Source of the DNA: Flavobacteriales bacterium
GTDB taxonomy: Bacteria > Bacteroidota > Bacteroidia > Palsa-965
Assembly (NCBI GenBank): GCA_040377305.1
Contig: JBEIPA010000012.1
Location: 100,339 to 164,338 of the forward strand
Length of the DNA: 64,000 nucleotides
Reading direction: 5' to 3'
The notes below the pieces were generated by a model. It had not been told where the DNA came from. It ran no database searches and saw only the letters and a program-made list of their open reading frames with translations. This document shows positions 1 to 10,643 of the stretch, one piece after another. The position numbers and the translations under genes are program-made. Every line of letters begins with the position of its first letter. Positions within the stretch are counted from its first letter, which is position 1.

Positions 1-3000
1 GGTGAAGGTGTAATTGTGATTACAATCTGATCGCTTACCGCCGTACAAGTTCCATTACCAGTAGATGTCAGTGTCAGTGTAACTGTTCCTGCAGCGCGCT
101 CGGCAGCTGTTGGAGAGTACACCGCATTCATCGTTGTATTGTTCGGTGCAAAAGTTCCGGCACCACCTGTCCATGCTGCACCTGAAGAAACTGTAAATGC
201 TCCCGAGAGAGTTACGGCAGAGTTGTTTGCACAAACTGTTTGATCAGGACCTGCGTTTACTGTTGGAGCAGGAGTGAAGAAAATTGTCATCTGATCCGTA
301 ACAGCAGTACAGGTTCCGTTACCGGTAGATGTAAGTGTAAGTGTAATACTTCCGCCGGCAATTTCTCCTGCTGTAGGTGTGTAGGTTGCATTCAGTGTCG
401 TGTTATTCGGAGCGAAAGTTCCCAAACCGCCTGACCATGAACCACCGGATGCTACCGTGATTCCACCAGCTAGCGTGGTTACTGCATTGTTCGCACATTT
501 GGTTTGATCAACGCCAGCATTTGCAGTAGGAGCAGCAGAGAAGAAAATCGTCATCTGATCAGTGACCGCATTACATGTTCCGTTCCCGGTTGTAGTCAAC
601 GTGAGTGTAACACTACCAGACGAAATTTCTCCGGCTGTCGGCGTGTATGTTGCATTCAAAGCTGCATTAGAAGGGTTAAACGTTCCAGCGCCTCCCGACC
701 ATGCACCACCTGTTGCAACAGTAACGATTCCTGCGAGCGTCGTACCGGCATTGTTCGCACATTTCGTTTGGTCAGGACCTGCGTTTGCAGTTGGTGAAGG
801 TGTGATCGTAATCAGCACCTGATCGTTCACTGGATTACAGCCACCATTACCTGTAGTTGTTAGCGTGAGTGTAACACTGCCTGCTGCACGTTCCGCCGGA
901 GTCGGCTGGTACGTGGCGTTCATTGTCGTGTTATTCGGTGTGAATGTTCCAGCGCCTCCAGACCATGCCGCACCCGTGGATGTGGTGAATGATCCCGCCA
1001 AAGTCACCAACGAATTGTTTGAGCACACCGTCTGATTCGGTCCTGCATTAACAGTTGGTGCAGGTGTAAAGAAGATCGTCATCTGATCTGTCGTTGCATT
1101 ACATGTACCATTACCGGTTGTGGTAAGCGTGAGTGTCATACTTCCACCGGAAATTTCTCCAGCGGTCGGCGTATAAGTTGCATTCAACGCGTTAGCATTC
1201 GGTGCAAATGTTCCCAGTCCACCGGACCACGTTCCGCCCGTTGCAACGGTTACAGAACCTGCTAGTGTAGTTGCTGCGTTATTCGCGCACTTGGTTTGAT
1301 CCGGACCCGCGTTCGCCGTTGGAGAAGACGTAAAGAAGATCGTGATTTGATCAGTCACCGCGTTACACGTACCGTTTCCGGTGGAAGTCAGTGTGAGTGT
1401 AACGTTACCGGCAGTAATTTCTCCGGCGCTAGGTGTGTAAACTGCGTTCAAGGCTGTTGCAGAAGGATTAAATCCGCCAGCACCACCCGTCCACACGCCA
1501 CCAGTTGCTCCACTTACAGTTCCAGCAAGAGTTGTGGCAGCATTGTTTCCGCACTTGGTTTGATTGGGACCAGCATTTACAACCGGAGAAGGTGTGAAGG
1601 TGATCGTAATATTATCATTGACCGGATTACACAATCCATTTCCTGTGCTTGTTAAAGTAAGGACAACGCTACCGGCAAGTAATTCGCCCGCGGTAGGTGT
1701 GTAAATTGGATTGAGTACGTTGTTCGATGGTGCGTAAGTACCTGCGCCACCTGTCCAAACACCTCCCGTGGCAATTGTAACAGCTCCGCTCAATGTTGTA
1801 TTCGCGTTGTTCCTGCATTTTGTTTGATCGGGACCAGCATTAACTGTTGGAGCCGGAGTAATGGTTAATGTCATTGGATCCGAAACAGGAATACACGCAC
1901 CTGTTGATGTGAGCGTTAATGTTACCGTTCCAACTGCGGCATCACCAGCACTTGGAGTGTACACTGCGTTCAACGTGGTAGCGCTTGGCGTAAATGTTCC
2001 GCTACCGGATGTCGTCCACAGTCCTGTGGTCGTACCACCGGCGACACTACCACTGAGTGTGGCAGTCGTATTCGCACAAATCGTTTGATTAATTCCGGCG
2101 TTGACGGCAATCGGAGCAACGAATTCAGAATAGTATCCGTACCGGCAACCGGAAGTACCTCCGCCATTGACAAGTCCTAATGCAAAAACGTCCAGAGAAT
2201 TCGCAACACGAAACGTGGAATCGACCGGAACTTGAGTTGTATTATAAGTAATACGCGCAGAGCTCCATGTTCCACCAGTGCCTGGAACAACAAGGAAAGA
2301 GGCTGGATTTATGGTTGCCGTACCTGGTCCAACAATTGTAAATGCATTGATAGCAGCAGTGCGGCACAGTAACGTAACATAAAAAGTTTCTGCAGTGGTC
2401 CGCACAAAATTTACGGCTTGAGATCCGGCACAATTTAATGGCGGTAGTATGGCCATTCCCGACTCACATCCAAATCCTGTGACGTGTACGGCATAAATCG
2501 GTTGCGTGGCGTGAATGAATACTGAACTTCCTGCGGGACTTGCTGCTAAATAATCCATGTCAACGCGATAGTATTCTCCAGCGAATAGTGTAACTACAGG
2601 TACAGCTGCTCCATCCAGAAAAATCTGTGTATTGTTTCTGGTTGCAGTGATGATCACACTCTCATCGCCCGTTGCGTTGAGTGAACCTTTAACGGCTACG
2701 TAATCTTCACCAAGAATATTTACCGGAACCAATTGATCCCCCATGAGGTCATAACAACCTCCGGAAGGATTGCGATCGGAATCGTCTTTGAGAGAAACGG
2801 CGACAGGTTTATCGGAAAGCACCACCGCACCAGAAGGATGCGTTGAGGGCTGTTCATAGTTAGCACCGGTCCACGCACACGAATAAGTTTGACCGATATT
2901 AAGTGTCACCGAGAACTGCTGCAACGCCGGATGTCCATCGACAGGAACCGGAGAATAAATGGTAACTACCGTATTGTTCTGAGTCGCAACAATATCAAAA

Positions 3001-3518
3001 GATGCATACGCCTGGTGTGGTGCTGCAAATGTATTGTTGAAGAACGGCGCATGTTTGTGAAGTGGAATGTAAAATTCCTGTCCAAGTCCATTAGGCCCTT
3101 TAAGTACCCAGATGTCGGTATTATTGGTGTTTGCAATTTCGTAGTGACACGTGATGGGCGTTGTAGACGTTATGCGCAACCCCGTATTACAAATAGTATT
3201 TGTAGGACGAGTTTCGAGTTGTGCCTTGCGCGGAGTAAGGTTTACTCGTGTTGATCGGTTGGCAGTTACGTTAACTACAATAGGAACAAACGCACCATTC
3301 GCAGGTTGATCGATTGTAACTGTCGCAGCTGCACCTGCAGAAGAAACAATCAGATAGATTGGTTCACCGCCGGGTGAATTATGCAAATCGGTTACATCCG
3401 GTGGAGCTAACCAGAACTGAGTTCCTTGTTGAGCACTCAGAAACTGAGGTGTCGCTAAAAGTAAAATAGTAAAGTAAAGAGCAAGCGATACCCGGCTAAG
3501 GAAGTAGCGTTTCATCAT
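1..3518 (-). CDS. Giant secreted repeat adhesin, C-terminus beyond the window start. It has a signal peptide, an IgGFc-binding-like N-terminal domain, and at least 8 tandem Ig/PKD-like ~87-aa repeats. It is probably a T9SS or gliding-associated surface protein.
   Basis: Reverse-strand translation from the ATG ATG at ~3518/3515 stays open to position 1. The N-terminus is MMKRYFLSRVSLALYFTILLLATPQFLSAQQGTQFWLAPPDV. The hydrophobic signal plus the GT(Q/E)FW motif is typical of IgGFc-binding N-domains of Bacteroidota CTD proteins. It is followed by repeats of the form ...TPxPTVNAGPDQTKCxNNAxTTLAGxVxxATGGxW(S/T)GGAGTFxPxxxxLNAxYTPTAGExxxGxVTLTLTxTGNGTCxxVxDQ.... The ORF track omits it only because its stop lies outside the window. 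Confidence 0.7.
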   Translation of the reverse strand, partial: MMKRYFLSRVSLALYFTILLLATPQFLSAQQGTQFWLAPPDVTDLHNSPGGEPIYLIVSSAGAAATVTIDQPANGAFVPIVVNVTANRSTRVNLTPRKAQLETRPTNTICNTGLRITSTTPITCHYEIANTNNTDIWVLKGPNGLGQEFYIPLHKHAPFFNNTFAAPHQAYASFDIVATQNNTVVTIYSPVPVDGHPALQQFSVTLNIGQTYSCAWTGANYEQPSTHPSGAVVLSDKPVAVSLKDDSDRNPSGGCYDLMGDQLVPVNILGEDYVAVKGSLNATGDESVIITATRNNTQIFLDGAAVPVVTLFAGEYYRVDMDYLAASPAGSSVFIHATQPIYAVHVTGFGCESGMAILPPLNCAGSQAVNFVRTTAETFYVTLLCRTAAINAFTIVGPGTATINPASFLVVPGTGGTWSSARITYNTTQVPVDSTFRVANSLDVFALGLVNGGGTSGCRYGYYSEFVAPIAVNAGINQTICANTTATLSGSVAGGTTTGLWTTSGSGTFTPSATTLNAVYTPSAGDAAVGTVTLTLTSTGACIPVSDPMTLTITPAPTVNAGPDQTKCRNNANTTLSGAVTIATGGVWTGGAGTYAPSNNVLNPIYTPTAGELLAGSVVLTLTSTGNGLCNPVNDNITITFTPSPVVNAGPNQTKCGNNAATTLAGTVSGATGGVWTGGAGGFNPSATALNAVYTPSAGEITAGNVTLTLTSTGNGTCNAVTDQITIFFTSSPTANAGPDQTKCANNAATTLAGSVTVATGGTWSGGLGTFAPNANALNATYTPTAGEISGGSMTLTLTTTGNGTCNATTDQMTIFFTPAPTVNAGPNQTVCSNNSLVTLAGSFTTSTGAAWSGGAGTFTPNNTTMNATYQPTPAERAAGSVTLTLTTTGNGGCNPVNDQVLITITPSPTANAGPDQTKCANNAGTTLAGIVTVATGGAWSGGAGTFNPSNAALNATYTPTAGEISSGSVTLTLTTTGNGTCNAVTDQMTIFFSAAPTANAGVDQTKCANNAVTTLAGGITVASGGSWSGGLGTFAPNNTTLNATYTPTAGEIAGGSITLTLTSTGNGTCTAVTDQMTIFFTPAPTVNAGPDQTVCANNSAVTLSGAFTVSSGAAWTGGAGTFAPNNTTMNAVYSPTAAERAAGTVTLTLTSTGNGTCTAVSDQIVITITPS
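230..2110 (-). repeat. Eight or more near-identical tandem coding repeats with a period of about 258-264 bp, each encoding one ~87-aa beta-sandwich domain of the adhesin.
   Basis: The motif tgatc(a/g)gg(a/t)cc(t/a)gc(g/a)tt... recurs at about 241, 497, 765, 1030, 1295, 1555, 1813 and 2075. The plus-strand ORFs 240..1655 all translate the same antisense repeat. Confidence 0.8.
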
Positions 3519-4172
3519 AAGTGTAAGATGCCTGGTTAGAAATTCAAAGTGTGTGGACGGACTTTGACGCGAGAAAGTACTTTCAGAATGGTGTGCGAGT
3601 AACTGTTTACTCATATGATCGTGTCTTACGTTTAATCTATTGGTGATCCTGACCATAAACGTCAGGATTTCTTCATGCGCGGTTTTTAAGATGGAGGTGG
3701 GACTAGTTCTACTTAAGCGCAGCACAGAACGTCATAAGATCAGACAGAAAACCCATCCGATTAGTGCGATAGTGCGAAAAAGTGTTTAAAACTGGTGCCG
3801 ACCTGCCAGGTCTTGAGCCTATATACGTGCATTAGGGTGGGAATGTTCAGCGAATATGTGGGGAATACCGTCTTTTCGTCGGCAAAAATCGATCGATTGT
3901 CAAAAAGTCTTGAATTGAATTGACAATTCAGTGATTCCGATTCCGTTAGAACTTCTGTAAATTCATCGTTCTGTAACTTTAACACGCTTGAAGCTTTATA
4001 CCAATGAATGGCTTGCAATTTGCAATCCTGATGTGGTCAATTAATCTTAACTTTGTATCCTATGCTGAAGGCACTGATTTTCAACGTTTTTAAGCTCATT
4101 TCGCGCATTTTCGACAGACCGTCGGAATCTAATTTATCGACTGTACGCATTCGTACTACTCGTAGTAAGCGC

Positions 4173-4955
4173 ATGTTCATGCTCGCAGCGGTCATTGTCC
4201 CTTCCATGTTGATGGCTCAGGTTCCAACAGGAGTTTATCCAAATACAACCGATGCAAACGGGAAGAAGCAAGGTGCGTGGAAGAAGGTTGATGAAAACGG
4301 AACGTGTATCTACGTCGGACAATTCAAAGACGATCAGCCTTACGGTATGTTTACTTACTTCGATACTGAAGGACGGAAGATGACAGAGATGAATTTTCTG
4401 AAGGGTGGAAATGTCGCTTATGCAAAGATGTATTACATCGACGGCAAGGTTCAGGCCGAAGGAAAATATCTCAATCAGAAAAAAGACAGCGTTTGGAATT
4501 TCTATAACGTAGATGGATTATTTCTCTCGACTGAGACATGGGTTAACGGTAAGAAGGAAGGTAAAGTTGTTGTGTATCATCCGGGAACGAAACAGGCAGC
4601 AAGCATTACCATTTTTAAAAATGGTTTGGAAGATGGTGAATACGTTGAATATTATCTCGACGGCCAAATTAAGATGAAGGTGAATTACATCGCGGGGAAT
4701 ATGGAAGGAACGGCAATCTGGTATTTCTCTGACGGTCGCATCAACATTATGGGTGCATACCAGCACGCGGTGAAACATGGTAAGTGGACTTACTATAATT
4801 CAGACGGAACTGTGAAAGGAACAGAGACATGGACGTTTGGAAAACTTACAAGTCAGGAAAATTTAATTAAGCCGGAAGATTTATACAAAACAATAGAGAA
4901 TCCACAAAACCCGAATCATAATCCTGATCCGGGCGGTGGAGGCGGAGGAAATTAG
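4173..4955 (+). CDS. Secreted MORN-variant repeat protein, YwqK-like family.
   Basis: At the internal ATG the N-terminus is MFMLAAVIVPSMLMAQ, which looks like a signal peptide. Repeated G-x-W/Y-x-x-Y/F-x-x-G-x-L/K blocks follow, for example GKKQGAWKKVDENGT, GKKEGKVVVYHPG and KHGKWTYYNSDGT. The protein ends in a Gly tail. Confidence 0.55.
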   Translation: MFMLAAVIVPSMLMAQVPTGVYPNTTDANGKKQGAWKKVDENGTCIYVGQFKDDQPYGMFTYFDTEGRKMTEMNFLKGGNVAYAKMYYIDGKVQAEGKYLNQKKDSVWNFYNVDGLFLSTETWVNGKKEGKVVVYHPGTKQAASITIFKNGLEDGEYVEYYLDGQIKMKVNYIAGNMEGTAIWYFSDGRINIMGAYQHAVKHGKWTYYNSDGTVKGTETWTFGKLTSQENLIKPEDLYKTIENPQNPNHNPDPGGGGGGN

Positions 4956-4957
4956 CA

Positions 4958-6100
4958 GTGAATAGCAAAGGAAAAGTTTTAGTTGCCATGAGCGGTGGGA
5001 TCGATAGTTCGGTAACAGCGCTCATGTTGCATGAAGAGGGGTATGAAGTAATCGGTATTACGATGAAAACCTGGGACTACGCTTCTTCGGGCGGATCGAA
5101 AAAGGAAACGGGTTGCTGCAGTCTTGATTCAATCAACGACGCACGCATGCTTGCAGTTGACAAAGGATTCCCACATTACATTCTCGACATTCGCAGTGAA
5201 TTTGGTGAGCACATCATCAACAACTTCGTAGAAGAATATCTTGCAGGTCGCACACCAAATCCGTGTGTGTTGTGTAATACGCACATCAAGTGGGATGCTT
5301 TGCTGAAGCGTGCCGATCAACTCGGTTGCGATTTCATTGCCACTGGACATTACGCTTCTGTTCGTGAAGTGAATGGTCGTTACGTGATTTCGAAAGGGAA
5401 AGACGCAAACAAAGATCAGTCGTATGTGCTGTGGGGACTTTCGCAAGAAAGTTTGAAGCGCACGATTTTTCCACTAGGCACATTCGAGAAGCCTGTGATT
5501 CGTCAAATGGCGGCTGATGCAGGCTACGGCGATCTTGCAAAGAAAGCAGAGAGCTATGAAATCTGTTTCATTCCTGCGAATGACTATCGCGCATTCTTAA
5601 AACACAAAGTTCCGGGACTCGAAGAAAAAGTCGACGGAGGAAACTTTGTGCGCACAGACGGAACGATCATCGGCAAACACCGCGGATATCCGTTCTACAC
5701 CATTGGTCAGCGTAAAGGTTTGGAAATTGCTTTGGGCGAACCCATGTTTGTGTTGAGCATAGATCCGGATACGAACACAGTCGTGATCGGCACGAAAGAG
5801 GAGCTCGAACGTCAAACGATGTGGGTGCGCGATTACAATCTCGTGAAATACGCATCGCTTCCTGAGAATTTCACAGCGCTTGTAAAAATTCGTTACAAGG
5901 ACGCAGGTGCAATGGCGAACCTCACTGAAGAAGACGGCAAGATCAAAGTTGTTTTCCATTCTCCGGTGACAGGAGTTGCTCCGGGACAATCGGCCGTGTT
6001 TTACGAAGGCGACGATCTCGTAGGTGGTGGATTCATTGATCGCAGAACAGAATTTGTCCCAAACAAATCAAATTCGATCTCGGATAAAGTGAAAGCATGA
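4958..6100 (+). CDS. mnmA: tRNA 2-thiouridine(34) synthase MnmA
   Basis: The N-terminus is MNSKGKVLVAMSGGIDSSV, with a PP-loop SGGxDS. The ~380 aa length and the conserved Cys residues fit the MnmA/TrmU architecture. It appears to use a GTG start. Confidence 0.85.
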   Translation: MNSKGKVLVAMSGGIDSSVTALMLHEEGYEVIGITMKTWDYASSGGSKKETGCCSLDSINDARMLAVDKGFPHYILDIRSEFGEHIINNFVEEYLAGRTPNPCVLCNTHIKWDALLKRADQLGCDFIATGHYASVREVNGRYVISKGKDANKDQSYVLWGLSQESLKRTIFPLGTFEKPVIRQMAADAGYGDLAKKAESYEICFIPANDYRAFLKHKVPGLEEKVDGGNFVRTDGTIIGKHRGYPFYTIGQRKGLEIALGEPMFVLSIDPDTNTVVIGTKEELERQTMWVRDYNLVKYASLPENFTALVKIRYKDAGAMANLTEEDGKIKVVFHSPVTGVAPGQSAVFYEGDDLVGGGFIDRRTEFVPNKSNSISDKVKA

Positions 6101-6834
6101 GAAAACTTTACGACGCATCGTTTCTTAAAATGCTGACTGCAGTTGTTGCAGTTGCATGGATGTGTTCGTTTGGGTCTTGTAAGAATGATGAGCCCGTTGA
6201 CGCTGATATCGGTTATGGATATTTCCCAACCAAAGTCGGTCATTGGGTGATTTACGAAATCGATTCTACCGTTTACGACGACTTCGATGGTGATACTGAT
6301 GTTTACCGCTATCAGGTGAAAGAGATTCTGGAATCGGAGTTTACCGATAACGAAGGAAGACCATCCGTGCGTGTTGAACGCTATCGCCGGAACTATGATT
6401 CTTCTGTTGCGTACGACAGTTTGCCCTGGTATTTGTCACGTGTGTGGTCATTCACGAAAACGACCACAACCGCAGAGAAGTTCGAAGAGAATCAACGTTA
6501 CATTCGTTTAGCGTTTGCTGCTGTCGATGGAAAATCCTGGGATGGCAATGCGTATAACACGATGGGTCAGTGGAATTACAAATACACCGACGTCGATCAG
6601 CCTTATTCGATGGGAGCGTTTGCGTTCGATTCCACGTGTTTGGTTGAACAGAAAAAGGAAATTAATCTCATCAATCACCGGACGTATTACGAACGATACG
6701 CGAAGAATGTGGGTTTGATTGAGAAGAATGTAATTGATGTACACGACACAGGTTTTGCCGCAATGCCTGTGATTAATAGAATTCACGACGGTGTGATTTA
6801 TAATATTACACTGGTAGATTATGGTCCACGTTAA
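6097..6834 (+). CDS. Hypothetical lipoprotein
   Basis: Its ATG overlaps the mnmA stop in an ATGA arrangement. A signal peptide with the lipobox-like FGSC follows. I recognised no conserved catalytic motif. Confidence 0.45.
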   Translation: MRKLYDASFLKMLTAVVAVAWMCSFGSCKNDEPVDADIGYGYFPTKVGHWVIYEIDSTVYDDFDGDTDVYRYQVKEILESEFTDNEGRPSVRVERYRRNYDSSVAYDSLPWYLSRVWSFTKTTTTAEKFEENQRYIRLAFAAVDGKSWDGNAYNTMGQWNYKYTDVDQPYSMGAFAFDSTCLVEQKKEINLINHRTYYERYAKNVGLIEKNVIDVHDTGFAAMPVINRIHDGVIYNITLVDYGPR

Positions 6835-6880
6835 TAACAATGCGCAGTGCTCAGGTGGCAGTGCGCAGTAAATTCAGATT

Positions 6881-8551
6881 ATGAAAAAACTTTTACTCGC
6901 TGCACTTCTCGTCTCATCTTGTTCGTTGTTCGCACAAGCACCAGTGAAATATTGGGTGCAGTTTACCGACAAAGGAAACAACACATTCACAATCGGAAAT
7001 CCTTCCGCTTACTTGTCGCCACGTGCTTTGCAACGCAGAACGAACATGGGAATTGCAATTGACTCCACCGATCTTCCGTGCACTCCTTTGTACGTTGCTG
7101 GTGTTGCCGGAACTGGCGCAACGGTTCAGGCTCAATCGAAATGGCTGAATGGAGTAGTCGTAATTGCCGACAGCACTCAAATGCTTTTGGTGAACGCGCT
7201 GCCGTATGTTGCGAATACGATGTTCGTGAGTTTGCGCACTTCGGGTGGCGAGGATGTGAAGTTTGCTGATGAAACATTCACCCGCGACGAGACTTCAAGT
7301 CAACGTCAGGGCAATGTTGAATCCACGATGCTGAGTTACGGACAGGCATTCGATCAGGCGAATCAGATTGGTGCGGTGTGTTTGCACAATGCAGGTTACA
7401 CCGGCGCAGGTATTGTAATTGCTGTGATCGATGCAGGGTTCCGGGATGTGGATATTCATCCGATGTTCGATTCGTTGAACGACAACGGACAAATTCTCGG
7501 CACATGGGATTTTGTTGCAGGAGACACCAGCGTTTACGAAGACAATACACACGGAGCGATGGTACTTTCCTGCATTGGAGGAAACTTGCCGGGAACTCAC
7601 GTTGGAACTGCACCTCATGCCGATTATTGGTTGCTGCGCAGTGAAGAAGCTGCAACGGAATACATCATCGAAGAATACTGGTGGTCATGTGCTGCGGAAT
7701 ATGCCGATAGCGTTGGAGCAGATCTGATCAATTCATCACTCGGTTACACGCAATTTGATGATCCTGCACAAAATCACATATACGCAGACATGAATGGTGA
7801 CATTGCCCCTTCTACACGCGCAGCTGATTTTGCTGCATCGCGCGGAATTGTTGTACTCAACAGCGCAGGGAACTCCGGACAAAATCCTTGGTTTTATATT
7901 GGTGCGCCTGCTGATGCAGACAGTATCATTTCAGTTGGCGCTGTCGATGTGAACGGAGTAATTGCCGGATTCAGCTCGCACGGACCAACATCAGACGGGC
8001 AAATTAAACCTGATGCGTGTGCACGTGGTGCAAGTGCATCAATTGTGGATCTGGGTGGAACTGTCATGTTCGGTAACGGAACCTCATTCGCTTCACCTGT
8101 TTTGTGCGGAGCCGTTGCTTGTCTGATGCAAGCTCAACCTGCACAGAACAATATGGCAATAGTAGATGCAGTTCGTAATTCCGGCAGCATGTATGCAAAT
8201 CCGGATTCCGCTTACGGTTTCGGCATTCCTGATTTGTGCGCAGCGAATTTGTATCTCTCGGGCAGCACATTTGTTCCCGGTAACGACGACACGATGTTGT
8301 CTGTTGCGCAAAATCCGTTTACCACTTCACTCGGTTTCTCGCTTTATGTTGCAAACGATCAGGACATCGTTGTACGCATGTTCGATATGCAAGGCAAACT
8401 CGTTGTAGAACAATCTATGTTTGCTGCTGGTGGCGCGATTAACTATTACACCGTTCAGGATTTAGGAACGGTTGCTGATGGAGCTTATGTGCTGCAAGTG
8501 ACAACGCTTCAGGAAGTGATGACGAAGAATGTGGTTAAGAATAATCCGTAA
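6881..8551 (+). CDS. S8 family subtilisin-like serine peptidase with a C-terminal T9SS sorting domain.
   Basis: The signal is MKKLLLAALLVSSCSLFAQ. The catalytic triad contexts are present: IAVIDAGF for Asp, HGAMVLSCIGG for His and GTSFASPVLCGAVA for Ser. The C-terminal ~80 aa, ...GAYVLQVTTLQEVMTKNVVKN, looks like a por-secretion CTD. Confidence 0.8.
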   Translation: MKKLLLAALLVSSCSLFAQAPVKYWVQFTDKGNNTFTIGNPSAYLSPRALQRRTNMGIAIDSTDLPCTPLYVAGVAGTGATVQAQSKWLNGVVVIADSTQMLLVNALPYVANTMFVSLRTSGGEDVKFADETFTRDETSSQRQGNVESTMLSYGQAFDQANQIGAVCLHNAGYTGAGIVIAVIDAGFRDVDIHPMFDSLNDNGQILGTWDFVAGDTSVYEDNTHGAMVLSCIGGNLPGTHVGTAPHADYWLLRSEEAATEYIIEEYWWSCAAEYADSVGADLINSSLGYTQFDDPAQNHIYADMNGDIAPSTRAADFAASRGIVVLNSAGNSGQNPWFYIGAPADADSIISVGAVDVNGVIAGFSSHGPTSDGQIKPDACARGASASIVDLGGTVMFGNGTSFASPVLCGAVACLMQAQPAQNNMAIVDAVRNSGSMYANPDSAYGFGIPDLCAANLYLSGSTFVPGNDDTMLSVAQNPFTTSLGFSLYVANDQDIVVRMFDMQGKLVVEQSMFAAGGAINYYTVQDLGTVADGAYVLQVTTLQEVMTKNVVKNNP

Positions 8552-8718
8552 CAGTAGGCAGTAAGCATTAGAGCAGTCCCGAAGTTTATTCGGGATCCTG
8601 ATCGCTTACAGCGCATCAGGGTTGGCAGTCCCCACACAGGAGAGTAAATAGTAGTCCCGCCATGCGAATCAGGATCGTGTAATTGATTGCGTGCACTTCA
8701 GATCCTGCTGCTTAACGA

Positions 8719-9999
8719 TTAAAACGCCGCTGGAGGATCTCCGTAAATAATCTTCAGCTCACTCGGTGCGCCTTTCTCAATGGTTCTGAAGAATCCGGCT
8801 TTGGTTACTTCGTCGAGTTTGTCGTCTTCGATAAAGACAGCAATGGCAACCTGATTGAAGAGTGAAACAGAATAGAAAGCACCACCTGCACCTTGTTCAG
8901 CAAGTGCATCATTCACAAAGTCGAGGAAGTAAGGCGATTCAATTCCATGTTGCGACTGAAAATCCTTCTCGTAGACTTTTCCTTTCAGCGTAAAACGAAC
9001 GGCGTGGGTAGGACTTTCGCCGATTCTTGCGTCACTAACCCCGGATGGTTCGAAGAATCCTTGTGATTTTGTTTCGAGTGAAACCAACATCTCTTCATAC
9101 GGATTGAAAGGATTCAACGTGTCGAACATCAGCGTTGCGAAATAATCATCATAGAAGTCAATGATATCCTGCTGATCGTAAATCGTATTCCAGCGAACAT
9201 CCGATGCGATTGTATCGAACCATTTCTCGTTACTGAAAATTCCGGATGCCCAGAGCTTCTGCAATTCTTCATCGACTTTCGCAGAATTGTACGCCTGGAA
9301 TTCCTGCTGTGGCTCCAATGAAAGCTCAGGAATACTCATCAGCGTATCGGCTTGTTGTTGCGTGAGTCGCATCACACCCATACGATTCACATCAAGATCA
9401 CCAAGGAAATCATCAACCATTCCGGTGTCGCGTTCATTGGTGAAGTATTGAGCGAGATATAAACGAGTGTCTTTGTTCTGATCGGCAAGCATGGTGTTGT
9501 AAGCACAATACATGAAATTGTCAACCGGCCAATCTTCGAAGTAGTACAGCTTGCGCGAATACCACTTCTCGCCGAACTTCTGTTCGAGCAACACCCAACC
9601 GCTGTCATTTCCACCCGGATCATTGGGTAGAAATTTACATTTCACTTCGGAAGGTTTGAGATCTGGATATTTCATTCCGATGGTGTCGACTGCTGCTTTG
9701 TAAACCTCCAGCGGAGACCGACCGTTCAACTGAAGTCCAATCTGCAACAAATCACCGGAAGCGGCTAGCATACGTTTCATTCCGTTCGAGGAATCAACGT
9801 TGTATACCGAAACCAGCGAGTCGAGTTTTGCTCCGGAGTAATTTTTCAGAAATCCGTTACGCTTGAGTTTGTCAACTCCTTCTCGGAAGTAGTCGCGACC
9901 AACAACTTTATCTGAATCGTCTTTTACGTCGTTTGAATCATCACCGCAGGAAACCAAAAAGAGAGCAGGGAAGAGGAGCAGGTAAAAGTAACGCTTCAT
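8719..9999 (-). CDS. Hypothetical lipoprotein of 426 aa
   Basis: Signal plus lipobox LVSCGDD. No recognised domain. Confidence 0.45.
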   Translation of the reverse strand: MKRYFYLLLFPALFLVSCGDDSNDVKDDSDKVVGRDYFREGVDKLKRNGFLKNYSGAKLDSLVSVYNVDSSNGMKRMLAASGDLLQIGLQLNGRSPLEVYKAAVDTIGMKYPDLKPSEVKCKFLPNDPGGNDSGWVLLEQKFGEKWYSRKLYYFEDWPVDNFMYCAYNTMLADQNKDTRLYLAQYFTNERDTGMVDDFLGDLDVNRMGVMRLTQQQADTLMSIPELSLEPQQEFQAYNSAKVDEELQKLWASGIFSNEKWFDTIASDVRWNTIYDQQDIIDFYDDYFATLMFDTLNPFNPYEEMLVSLETKSQGFFEPSGVSDARIGESPTHAVRFTLKGKVYEKDFQSQHGIESPYFLDFVNDALAEQGAGGAFYSVSLFNQVAIAVFIEDDKLDEVTKAGFFRTIEKGAPSELKIIYGDPPAAF

Positions 10000-10004
10000 A
10001 AAAA

Positions 10005-10643
10005 TTATTGAGTTTGATACTGGCTGTAGTAGGTTTCGAATGCATCCATCATATCGCCCCAGGTGAAAATCTTTTGCGATTTATCGGGCACAGGATATGT
10101 TTTCGCAAAACCAGAGAGTGCATTCCATTCGGGACCCGTCATTCCCAATTTTCCGAAAGTGGCCTGCATGGTCTGAATCTTTGTTGCGTCGAAAGGAAGA
10201 GAACGAACGCTGTCCAAGGTCATTGTGCGTTCATGCAATTCTGCATAAGCAGGTGTTGACTTGAATTCATTCATGTGCAGGATGAAGTCGTTGTATGTAA
10301 GTCCTTGCGTTCCTTTCACACGCTCTTCACTCAACCAGCTTGCGAGCAGATTTGGAACGATATACACAAAGTCAAAACTGTCTACACAGTACGCGAGTTC
10401 ATCCAGATCATACGACAACTGCTCAAGTGCGCTATCCGCAGGAATTTTCTTTTTCAGGATGGAGCAATCGTGACGCACAATTACCGGAACACCGTCGGCA
10501 CCCATGATGGTATCAATGAGAATAAACGGCGTATCTACGACCACAACGTTTGGGGCAGAATCCACGCGTTGAACATCTTTAGGCTGATCTTCGTTGCAGG
10601 AAAACGCGAAAACAAGGAATAAGAATACCGGCAGGTACTTCAT
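10005..10643 (-). CDS. Hypothetical lipoprotein of 212 aa, probably in an operon with the preceding gene.
   Basis: Signal plus lipobox FSCNED. It lies 5 bp from the upstream gene. Confidence 0.45.
   Translation of the reverse strand: MKYLPVFLFLVFAFSCNEDQPKDVQRVDSAPNVVVVDTPFILIDTIMGADGVPVIVRHDCSILKKKIPADSALEQLSYDLDELAYCVDSFDFVYIVPNLLASWLSEERVKGTQGLTYNDFILHMNEFKSTPAYAELHERTMTLDSVRSLPFDATKIQTMQATFGKLGMTGPEWNALSGFAKTYPVPDKSQKIFTWGDMMDAFETYYSQYQTQ

Noticed and set aside
240-2088. Plus-strand ORFs 240..434, 504..797, 562..822, 1296..1655 and 1861..2088 in the repeat region.
   Set aside because: They are antisense or alternative-frame read-through of the tandem repeats. They share near-identical peptides. 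The opposite strand carries one continuous open frame with signal peptide and domain repeats.
1-2110. Tandem repeats as a CRISPR array.
   Set aside because: The period of ~261 bp is far too long. The repeats are coding and in-frame with no spacer structure, and no cas genes are present.
8577-8595. Hairpin tcccgaagtttattcggga after the S8 peptidase gene as a Rho-independent terminator.
   Set aside because: The stem is plausible but is not followed by a U-tract on either strand. It is left unannotated as weak.
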